Source: the human T2T-CHM13v2.0 reference genome, Homo sapiens. From it: a stretch of DNA of 64,000 nucleotides. The stretch lies in assembly GCF_009914755.1 (NCBI RefSeq), contig NC_060939.1; one strand, given 5' to 3'. The notes under the pieces are model-generated. The model did no database searches. It had not been told where the DNA came from and was given only the letters and a program-made list of their open reading frames with translations. Position numbers and translations under genes: made by a program. Position 1 is the stretch's first letter. The number at the start of each line of letters is the position of its first letter. Shown one piece after another: positions 14,760-25,737 of the stretch.

Positions 14760-16162
14760 ATGACAACCATTTTTTAAATCCAACAAACTGCAAACAGGCC
14801 CTTTGCCAACCTAGAAATTTAGAATAATCCAAGGATCCCAAGGTCAGAGAAATTTTTTAGCCTGGATGATGGGATTTCAGGCTTAGTCACTGGGCCATAA
14901 ATTGAATGTTAAAGGGATAGGAGGAGATCAGTGATGTTTATTTGTTTGTAAGCATTTTTTTTCTTTCTTAAATACCTATGTTCATTTGAAAAGCGTATTT
15001 TAATATATATAATAAAGCAGATGATAAAAAGAAATCAACTGAGAAGAATCACTGACAGGAAAATCAATTACTGACATGCAGTAATTCTGATGTTCTAGAG
15101 TAGAGGTAGTATTCTATTGATATGTCCAGGAAGTAAAATATCTCATTTAGATTGAAAAAAAGAGACAAAATTGTGCTAAATTAATCATAGAGCCTTTAAT
15201 CCACTAGTAATTTGGAGTGAATTTTATTAAGAAGAATTAATTGTAAGTACATGTTAACTTTCGTGTCAGGATAAATTGCATCTTTTAAAGCTAAGTGATC
15301 TGTGTACATTGTGATAGGGCCTTTCACTTTGGTTGAAATCTTAGGTTTGAAACTGTGCCTGGTTTACAGTAACTAAAATTAACTCTAGCTGTGTGGTCCT
15401 TTATATAGTTGTTATCATCCCAATCAGATATATCTCATCTGATGTCAACTTCTGAGTCCAATAATCAGACTAGCTCCAGAAGGCACAGGGAAGGTGGTGT
15501 GGACCTCTAGGGACTGCCCTCTGCTTTGTGGAAAGGCTTGGTTAATTTTCCATTAGAGATTCAACCAACCACCGACCCAACCTGGAGTTTAATAACAAGC
15601 TTTTTGTTGATAAGTTTATTCAGTGAACTAGGCTATCTGTTCTAGGGGACTGATTCTTCTTTGAAACAGCCCGGCCTTAAGAATGCAGCTGAAATAGCCA
15701 TTGGGGAAAACTTGTATAAGACTGTACATTTTAAATTTTGATTTGTCCTCATTTGGAGTGACCTTCTGATTCAGGGTTGCCTACATTTCTTTTACCATTG
15801 CCTGTTTTATCTTAACGCCTCCTTCCTGATTTACGTGTAAGCTTGCTATACAACTCTTCAAGTGGCTACTTTATGGAATCAATATTACAGTGGGTTATTG
15901 CCAGTCATGAAATGGGAGGAGTACTGTTGACTTACCACTTGGAGTCAAAACCAGGGACTAGATTTAGATACAATGAAAAAATTCCAAATCACTCTCTGAA
16001 ACAGTATAAATGTCTTAATGTCCTAAAATGTTTGATGACACCTAAAAACCCCGCATGTATTTTCTTCTTAGAACTTAGATAGGCTATGTGTTCTACAAAC
16101 ACCAAGCAAATCCCTTGTATTTTCATTTATAGGTTCTAATATTTTTTTCCTCACTGTTTTAG

Positions 16163-16370
16163 GAAGTTTGGGGCTCAAGGGTCACGACTTACTGGAGCAG
16201 GATGGGGAGGCTGCACAGTATCAATGGTACCTGCGGACAAGCTGCCCAGCTTTCTAGCAAATGTGCACAAAGCTTATTACCAGAGGAGTGATGGAAGCTT
16301 AGCACCGGAGAAGCAAAGTTTGTTTGCTACCAAACCTGGAGGTGGGGCTTTGGTTTTGCTTGAGGCCTGA
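16163..16370 (+). CDS. GALK2: GALK2 terminal coding exon
   Basis: Acceptor ctgttttAG at 16161-16162. Reads [22 protein letters not shown]...[12 protein letters not shown], containing GHMP kinase motif 3 ([11 protein letters not shown]). Stop TGA at 16368-16370. Absent from the ORF track because it is an internal exon. Confidence 0.97.
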
Positions 16371-16625
16371 AAAAATGTAAAAAGTCTGAGAGAAACTACT
16401 TAGGGCACTTAGGAATTGGCAGGACTTTCTGTGCCACAGTAAATTAATCTTCCTTCTGTTTTGTATTATGATGAACGGTTGCTATTATATCAAGATATAT
16501 TTTCAAAGAAATGGTTGAAAGCTCTCTATGCTTCATAATGATTCTTTTTCCATCTTAAAATATGGTTTTACTATTAAGAGCCAAGATCATGCTTGGACAG
16601 ATCTTTTAAGAATAACTTACTGAGA

Positions 16626-16631
16626 TTTATT
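16626..16631 (-). promoter_or_regulatory. Candidate proximal FAM227B polyadenylation signal
   Basis: Plus-strand TTTATT reads AATAAA on the minus strand, ~150 nt past the FAM227B stop. Confidence 0.45.
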
Positions 16632-16698
16632 GATTTGAAGATTTTAAAGATGAATGGTAAAACACACTCTTAATACTGATTACATGGATTGGACTTGA

Positions 16699-17168
16699 AT
16701 TAAATATATTGTTACAATTAAACTGATACCACTGAATTGTATGCATTATTCTTGAATAGAGTTCATTTCTGGTTTCTCTTAGTATTCTTCTTCCTCAAAG
16801 TTGTAGTTGTCTGTTGATGATGGTGATGATGATGATGATGACGATAGTGATGCCACACATTCTCTCTCAATTTCAGCTTCGGAACGCTATGAAAATAATA
16901 CATGATTAAAGTTTCACAGATCTTCTTGGACATTGTATAATTGAATTTGAATGTGAGATTTCTCCAGTTATCAAGAGACTAAGGATTTTTTTTTTTTTTG
17001 ACAAAAGGAGGATACAGGAAGAAAATTCAGACTCATTTGAATATTTGTAAACCATGTAATATATAAATAACCACTTTCAATTCTTTTGGCCCTGAGCTAT
17101 CTCCATTACTTAATAGAAAAACTTAGATAAAAAACACTTTAAGACTCTTCTATTCACATTGAAATAAA
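16699..17168 (+). promoter_or_regulatory. Candidate GALK2 polyadenylation hexamers
   Basis: ATTAAA at 16699-16704 and 16717-16722, AATAAA at 17163-17168. Usage cannot be shown from sequence. Confidence 0.45.
16779..16886 (-). CDS. FAM227B: FAM227B terminal coding exon
   Basis: Minus-strand acceptor ttttcatAG (16888-16887). Reads RSEAEIERECVASLSSSSSSSPSSTDNYNFEEEEY*. Phase 0 matches the upstream exon. Confidence 0.88.
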   Translation of the reverse strand, partial: RSEAEIERECVASLSSSSSSSPSSTDNYNFEEEEY

Positions 17169-19014
17169 GAATTATCTAGATGATAATTCAGATAATTCAG
17201 TTTGTTCATAGAATTACTTTCTTATCACTCTTTTTCTACTACTTTTTCTCAAATACCTCTCTAATCCAAGAGGCACTTCCAAGAAATTCCACACATTCCT
17301 TATATCCCTTTTTTGCTTGTCTAGCAAAGCTTGTTTGTATATATGCACCCCATTGTAAAGCAGGTATGCAGGTATGTGGGTGAAAGTGACTATGAAAAGA
17401 CTTAATGAATTCTGGGATTTGTAATGGTATTGATGGGTATCTCTGTATGTATATCAAGAGTGGGCAGAAATGTTTGGCTGGTGATGGCAAATGACTGGCT
17501 TTCTCTTGTGGATGGACTATAGGAAGCACTTTCTGAATTATGTAATGATTTGGACCAAAAAGTATTTTGCTGAAATACTCAGGTAATTGAGATAGCAATG
17601 GTTTTATGGCATGAATTATCCAAAAAAATATCAGAATTACTTATTATTCTGTGATTTCATTAGCTCATTAATGTTTAACTCACAGATTGGGCATCACCAT
17701 CTAGAATTTCAGTTTAAGGGAGGCCTGCGCAAAGCTAGTTTTATTTCTTAAAGGATAACAGTCATACATAGAATACTAGGAAAGCCAATATTCTATTTAA
17801 AAATAAACTTCTGATGCATTTTCATTCTTAGCAGAAAGGTAAATGCTTGAGAAAGCTTGAGTCAAATTTGTTAAAAGAATTTTGAGTTCTATAAATCCAA
17901 AAATCTGAAACCTGAATTTATTTAAATTTATAATCCTTTATTTTTTAATACCGTGCCATTTTCCACAAAGGATTTGTGGTTGGTATATAATTCTTTAAAG
18001 ATACCTGGATCAGTGTAAAAAAAAAAAAAAAAGGCACCTGTCATTGTTTTGCTGTTCCATTTACAATTTTCACCAGGTGATTTCTTCTTCACAAAAGGTG
18101 AGTAAAAATTTCCAATGTGCACTCTTCTTTGGGGGACACACATGGTCATTCTAAGCGAGGGATCTATTCTATATTTGTTTTGATTTCTCTCGATAAAAAG
18201 AACTATGTTTCAGTCTTACTATCACTGTGTGGTATCTAGATATTATGAGAGATGCTAAACTTACCTGGAAGGGATAGGGCCGGGGCCATTAGAAAAAAGA
18301 TCATGCAGTAAATGGACTTTGAGCATGGCCCTAAAGGATGAGGAGAGTTTAAAAGCTGTGGAGTGCACACTGCAGATGAGCAAAGCCTATGGGTATAGGC
18401 AAACATGGTGTGTGTAGGAGGCTCAGTGAGAGTGAAGGCTTTGCTTTGGTATGTAGTGAAGAATAAGATTGACTACACTGGCTGGAGCTAGCTTTTGAAG
18501 AGTCAAATCCAGGCAGCATTTAGATCAGGGGTTATAGCCCAGCAGCCCATGGGCCACATCTGGTCTGCAGATGTATATAGTTTGGCCCACAGAATGACTA
18601 AAAACTTGGGCTCCAAATCAGGAGATTGTACAAGCAGTATCAGATATTCTGGATTACTCAGAATCTGGATTACTGAGTGGTGGAATATCTGATACTACTT
18701 GTCCAACATTTCTACAGGGCATCAATGAACTAGGGCTGAGATAGTAGCTGCCTTGTTAGATGAGGCATGGCTATCCAGTGCGCTACAGTTTCCACAACTG
18801 CTTGTATAATAGTTTCCCTGACACTCAAATCATTTACCACTTACCAGCTGAGGTCACTTGCCCTTTATCAGGACACTTGCACTGTTGTTTTCCTATTCTA
18901 ATTAGGTATTTCTCTGTGCCCATGTCCCTATCAATAGTAGGGAAGATAGACCAAAAAAAAAAAAAAAGAGAGAAAGAATGAATATTTTTGTGTGTGGATG
19001 TAAAAAATAGTCCT

Positions 19015-19186
19015 TAGCTGGGAGTGGTGGCATGTGCCTGCTGTCCCAGCTACTCAGGAGGCTGAGGCAGGAGGATCACTTGAGCTGAGGACTTCAAAGC
19101 TACAGTGAGCCATGACTGCAGCACTGCACTCCAGCCTGGGAGACAGGTGACAGAGTGAGACCCTGTTTCAACAACAACAACAAAAA
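19015..19186 (+). mobile_element. Alu monomer (FRAM/FAM-like)
   Basis: Single right-arm-like monomer with (CAA)n tail and TSD AATAGTCCT. Confidence 0.8.
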
Positions 19187-19988
19187 TGAATAGTCCTGTT
19201 TGCTTATTATACTGTCCTGTTTGTATATTATACAACACCCAGGTGTTTCACTCTTTCTATCACTTTTCTGCCCCATGTAGGAATTTGATTTGATCCATTT
19301 TTGACATTATACTAGCAGCCAATGGGATTACTCTAGATTTTTGAATGGAAGCCTTGACATGCTGAAAGTAAAAGGCTCTCCTCTATCCCTGACCTCCAAT
19401 TGTCCAGCATTCAGACATATTGTACACTAGTCTCTACATGTTCTTGTCTGTTGGGAGAGAAGAAGCCCTTCAGACTTAACAAGAATGCCCATAAGTAAAG
19501 AGAAGCAAAAGAGAAGATGACAAGGAAAATCAGAAAGATGGAACAGGCTCCTTTCTTTTCTTTCTTTCTCATACTTGAGTCCTGTTTAGAACCTTATCAT
19601 ATTCTGCCTTGATAATTGAGGGCAGGGACCATTCATCTAACACAGCTGTTGGTACCCAATATGATTTTGTTGAATTATTAATGAAAAACTTACAATTTTA
19701 AACATCAGTGATTATTAGTTTGTAATTCTAACTGCATTTGGAGCTTTTCAGTTACATAAACTGTTCCTGGTCAGAAGCTGGAAATGGGGAATGTGAACAT
19801 GAGTTGTCACTAAATATGTAAAACAGATTTTCTTACATGTGCATGTAGATGATTAAGTAACAAGAATGTATCCTCTCCTGCCACTGTAATTTGGGTGTGC
19901 CACCATACATTGCTTATGAAATATTGTCCAGTCTATATAAAAGAAGCTAGAGAGAGAATTCTCAATTATTTTCAGAAAGAAAACCTAC

Positions 19989-20058
19989 CAGTTTATGTAG
20001 GAACTTCTCAAAGTCCTGTTTCACTTCATGAGGTTTCTTGGTAGCCTTTGCTTGGAGT
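19989..20058 (-). CDS. FAM227B: FAM227B coding exon
   Basis: Acceptor catgattAG and donor GTAGGT. 70 nt, (I)LQAKATKKPHEVKQDFEKFLHKL, with phases fitting both neighbours. Confidence 0.88.
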
Positions 20059-20295
20059 CTAATCATGGAATAAAGAAAATCAGTAACCAAACTAATTGTC
20101 CTTATATTGACACCATCTAAATAGCCAACATTTATTAAGAATTTAATATGCTGGGCATTCGTCAAGCACTTTACATATATTAATTCAATTACCCTTAAAA
20201 CTTCTGAAGTAGGTACTCCTATTATCCTATTTTATAAATGAGGAAACAGGCTGAGATAGGTTCAGACACCCACCCCCGCTGCATGTGCACACGTG

Positions 20296-20296
<1 letters not shown>

Positions 20297-20330
<34 letters not shown>
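20297..20330. repeat. (CA)n microsatellite within a MIR remnant
   Basis: Perfect CA run of ~17 units. Confidence 0.95.
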
Positions 20331-20331
<1 letters not shown>

Positions 20332-23300
20332 CCACAACAGTCATACACTTAGCAAGGAGACAGTCTGAACCCAAGCACTGTGACTCAAGCCTTCAGTTCC
20401 ACCCACTGTGTGGTTCTCATCCCAGCAGTGGCACATCCTCTTCAGTTAGATGGTTTACACAGTATTGCTTTAACTGATTCCACTCATAAGGCTCTAGCCC
20501 AGACTTTAAGGAGTGACAGTGGGGAGAGAAGAGTAAAAGAGACTGGCAAGGTAGAGACACAGGAAAGAAAGAGAGGGAGATGGAAAAGGCCAGTGGGTGA
20601 CAGCGCTTACTAGACTGTAAGCTCATTGTGAGCAGGGATCCAGGAATCTCATGATATCTGTCACCAAGTATTCATTCAAGAAATATTTATGAAGGACTTG
20701 AATGGTTGAAATCAGGAAGCAGCAGGAACCTTTCCAGAGATCTAAGAATGAGGGGAGAAGCAATGGTAGCTAGGCAAGGAAGGATAGAAACTTGAGAGAA
20801 GGAGAAACATTAGTAAAAGTAACACAGATGAGGAAGAGAAACGGAATAAAGGATATATAAGACTATTAATTTCACTGGCAATTTTCAAGTGAAATATTTA
20901 AAAACTATTTTTCCATGAAATTGGCAGGAAGTAAAATTTTCTGCAAATCCCAAATACATGTTGCTGAAGCAGCAAGTTTAGATGAGCTATTTAACCCCTT
21001 GCCAGGCCTAGCCAAGGTTTCTTCAGCAGTTAGACTAGTGCACCCCTGAAGGCAGAGTGGGATTACTTAGTCGGAGGTTCTCTTGCATTTGTGCTCTGTG
21101 ACTGGTACATGCCCCCTCACTCATTCTCTCTCTGCTTGTTTTGTCTTCTCAAGCTGAGTTTCCTCCTTGCTGATTGCTCTTTAGGCTTCACATTTTTCCT
21201 TCCATGCCAGTCTCAAATCTGGCTCTTAGTTTCTCAGTAACACCTTCTTAGAATCTCCTTGAACTGCACAGTATCCTTAGAATCTGTCTCATCTCACTAA
21301 GTTAAAATCACTCCCTCTTCCAAGTCACTCTTTTAGTTTACAATCTCCCCTCTTTAAAAAAAATTAAGTTTTATTGAGATATGTTACATACCATAAAATT
21401 GACCCATTAAAGTGTACAGTTCAGTGGTTTTAGTACATTCATGAAGTTTTATAACATTACTAATCCTCCCTCTTTCTGATTGCCTTTCCTCTCATGAGTA
21501 TCTCTTTTGAAGATTACAAATGGAAGCTCATACATTGTGCCTATAACTTTAACAAGCACGTGAGATTTATATATCCAAATACGTATGTTTCAACAATGTG
21601 CCATTGCATTAATCATATTTGAATACTTCTTGTGAGTTACTCTGAGAATTGTCCTACATTCTTCTGCATATTCTCAGTGGTGAAAATTCTTGTCCTATGT
21701 GGATTTGATTTTTGGAAACTTGTAAGAGTCACCCGGAATGGAACCTTGTAACAGGTGTTGTGAAGCAGAAAGCTGGGTGATAAAGTTTTTGGTGAAAAGT
21801 GAGATAAGATCCTAAAGTAGTGGGTTGAAATTTTCTGATGTGACTGGAAAACTAGCTTTATAAGTTCTAAAATAGTATTTAGAAGTGTGAAGTGTGACTG
21901 GCACAAAGTTATAGTCTCCCTAGGGGGCTTGTCTGAAGGGCTGGACTTGTCTGATACTTCTTATTCTGCACGTGCTTACGGGTGTGTTGGAAGAAGTAGG
22001 TTAATCTCAATACTTTATAGTTGTTCTTCCTATAGTTTAATTTATAAAATAAATGAGCCCAATTTTTCTTGCTTCATTGAGGAAAAATGTTTATATGCAT
22101 AGAGGAAGAAGGGAAATAAAAAACTAGCCCAATAGAGACCAGCTAAATCTGTTGTTTTTCTAGTTTACAACTTCCATAGGATGGGGAAGGCTTATAGGTT
22201 TATTTTGAAAAGGACTTGAGCTTAAGTCCTATGGCTGGAGAGTAAAAATAGATGATGATAATGTTTAGCAATTAATTAGCAGAGTAGATGATTTTGTGAT
22301 TAAAGAAAGTTAAAATGTTACTCCAGATTAACTGTTAACTAGAAAACTTTTGCAGTTTTGTGGTTTTATGTAACATCTCTTCAATTAAAGATGATCTTAA
22401 GCACTACCAAGCTGAATAAGAGACAAACCTATCAAGCTCCTTGTCAATTCTTTCCTGCTGCTGTTTTAGAAGTTTTATTTCTTCATTAATTCTGAGCTTT
22501 TCCCTATAAAGTTAAAGTTTGAAGTTAAATTTTAAAATAATGCAGGCATTACTAATTGGGAAAGAATAAATCAACAATTTACTGATATACACGTGTTAGT
22601 AAAAGCCCTCTACAAACCAATTCATTCCCTCCCTATGCACTATTTAGTGTAAAGAACCCCTCAGCACATTCCCTGTTACAAACATATGCCAAAGGTATCA
22701 CCCACAACACCTGAGTACAGCTGGACTCCACCTTCTGCTACCACAGGGGCCCTCTAGAAAGGTGTCCATCCGTTTTTCCCACTAAGCACAGGAAGTCTAA
22801 GGGATATGTGTGTGTGGACGTACACATGCGTCTGTGGGTGGGTGGGCAGGAGACGGGAATGGGGACCCTTGGAAAGCAGGGGCGCAGGCTTTTAGATCTG
22901 CCCGCTGGATAGGACATAACTGGTGGTCCTCCATTTACTTCTCTTGGAGGTGCTCCTTGGACAGCAGGAGGCACCCAAAAGGGAGGATCATCCTTTCTCC
23001 CCTTAAAGGCAATGACATCTCAAGGCAGTAACCTTGACAGCATGGATAGAAGAACTGGACCCTGCCCATTTGTTCTTGTAAAAATTGATGGATATTCTCT
23101 CATTAACCCATTCCTAGCTTCCTAGCACATAAGATTACCATGACTGACCACAAGCAATTATTTTATAAATTATTATGAATAACTGCAAATGTTCCCCCAA
23201 GAAAACATTTCAGGAAGGACTTTGCTGTCTTGATTTCCTTGCTTGACACCAGCCCAGCTGCCACCCCAGCTCCAGGGAATTCCTTCCACTGCAGGGAATT

Positions 23301-23629
23301 TTTCTGCTAGTCTTCCAGGGCTTATCTTTGTAAATGGACGATACTCCAGTCTCCATTCCCTGGAGCTCTTGCCTCTTCCTGTTGGGGTGCACCCCTCCAG
23401 TCACACCAAGCAAAGCTTCCTTCCTTTCTTCTGTCCCTCTCACTTGCCATGGCTCCATGGTTACAACATACACCCTTGACACTTACCTGAAAAGAATCTC
23501 TGAGTCTATAAGATGCTCAGACATGACTCTCCTCATCATTAAGGAACTTAGTTTAGATGATTTCTCTGATTGTTTCCAGTTCTAAAAAAGTATTATTTTA
23601 TATTTAACAATAGTATAGCATCAACTTAC

Positions 23630-23707
23630 ATCCTAAAATCCTTTTGGTTCCTTGCAAATTGTCTTTTTGCCTCCTTTATAACATCACGGTATGTTGGAGC
23701 AGGTAGT
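23630..23707 (-). CDS. FAM227B: FAM227B coding exon with U12-type acceptor
   Basis: 78 nt, (P)LPAPTYRDVIKEAKRQFARNQKDFR(I). Donor GTAAGT. Preceded by TTCCTTAAT (23730-23722) and AC (23709-23708), with no pyrimidine tract. Confidence 0.86.
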
Positions 23708-24057
23708 GTGCTAGGCTTATTATTAAGGAATGATTTTCAATTAGGAACATTTGGGAAGTAAACAGTACCCTTCACAGAGGAACCAAGGGGACCGTGTGAC
23801 CTTCACTTTTCAGTAATGAAGAGTCTCAAGTATAAACATGAATATTATGTCTGGAGTTACACTCAGAGGACTGAAAGAAGAAAACATCACTTTAAACTTG
23901 TGTCCCATTATCTCAACCACAGCAACCATAGGGCACTATGATTTAATAGTTTCATAAATCCTGTAATTACCTTTTGTATGTGTTTGTTTTAAAAGCAGCA
24001 ACTTGTTAAAGGTAAATATTAAAAATTACCAAAATATTAAAAATGTACCAAAATTCA

Positions 24058-24316
24058 TTTTTTTCTTATTTATTCATTTTCGAGACAGGGTCTTGCTTTG
24101 TCACCCAGGCTGGAGTGTGGTAACATGATCATAGTTCACTGTGACCTCAAACTCCTGGGCTCAAAGGAATCCTCCTGCCTCAGCTTCCTGAGTAGTAGAC
24201 AGTTTCTCGCTATCTTGCCCAGACTGGTCTTGAACTTCAAACTCCTGGGCTCTAGCAATCCTCCTGCCTTGGCCTCCCAAAGTATTGGGATTACAGGTGT
24301 GAGCCACCACACCCAG
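24058..24316 (-). mobile_element. AluJ, internally deleted
   Basis: Diverged Alu with CTCCTGGGCTCAA J-type diagnostics. Confidence 0.85.
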
Positions 24317-25737
24317 CTTTCATTTTTACATATACTGAGAACCTTAAAGACTCTTTAATTCTAAGAGGCTTTGGGGGCAACTGGCAGCATGCGTGGCTGC
24401 CTCAGTTAGCCTGGCTTCTGCCATCTTCCCAGAAGAAAGGTGGTAATCAGAATGTCCAAGTATGTTGCTAATGAAGCTGGATTCCTCTGTCCTGTCTGTT
24501 TCTGGTGCAGTCTGTGGATATGTCCTAACCTTGGCCTTAACCCATGCCTGATCTGGCAAAACAGACACTTCCCTTTGAAGTGGCAATTGGCCAGTATTGG
24601 CCAATATTAGCAAGGAGACAGCTCCTCAGCTTGTGTTAAATGAAGACCTTAGCCTCAGTGTTACACTAGGAGCTCTTAAACCTCTGCCATCACTAAGATA
24701 TAGGGGATGAACTGTCCTCTTACAGCCCCACTCCCATTGTGAAACAAACTTCAGTATTACCTTTCTCTGAATATAGTTTGCCCATTTTTAGAAAACTTTA
24801 TTTTCCATTTCAAGGCTGTTCCTGATGCTCATTTTATTTATTTTTCACTAAGTATTTTATTCAATTTATTTAAATAATTTATTTATTTTTCCCTTGGTAA
24901 GTACTTTCTAAAAAATAATTTCAACTTTTATTTTAGATCCAGGGGTTACATGGGCAGGTTTGATACATGGGTATATTTCACGATATTGAGGTTTGGGGTC
25001 TGAATGATCCTGTCATCCAGGTAGTGAGCACAGAACATGATAGATAGTTTTTCAACACTTGCTCCCCTCCCTTCCCTTCTCTTACAGTATGCAGTGTCTA
25101 TTGTTGACACGTTTATGTCCATGAGTACCCAATATTTAGCTCCCACTTACAGTTAGAACATGTGGTATTTGGTGTTATTTACTTAGGATAATGGCCTCCA
25201 TCTGCATTCATGTTGCTGCAAAGGACATGAGTTTGTCCTTTATTTATGACTATGTAGAATTCCATGGTGTATATGTACCACATTTTCTTTATCCAGTCTG
25301 CTGTTGATGGGGATCTACGTTGATTCCATGTCTTTGCTATTGTGAATAGTGCTGCAATGAACATATGAGTACATATGTCTTTTTGGTGGAATAATTTATT
25401 TTTCTTTTGAGTATATACCCAGTAATGGGACTGCTGGGTTGAACGGTAGTTCTGTTTTAAGTTCTTTGAGAAATCTCAACTACTTTTGACAGTGGCTGAA
25501 CTAATTTACGTTCCCACCAACAATGTATAAGCTTTCCTTTTCTCTGCAGCCCCATCAGCATCTATTGTTTTTTGACTTTTTAATAATAGTCATCCTGACT
25601 GGAGTGAGATGATATCTCATTGTGGTTTTCGTTTGCATTTCTCTGCTGACGAGTGATGCTAAGCATTTTTGCATATGTTTGTTGGACACTTGCATGTCTT
25701 CGTTTGAAAAATGTCTGTTCATATCATTTACCCACTT

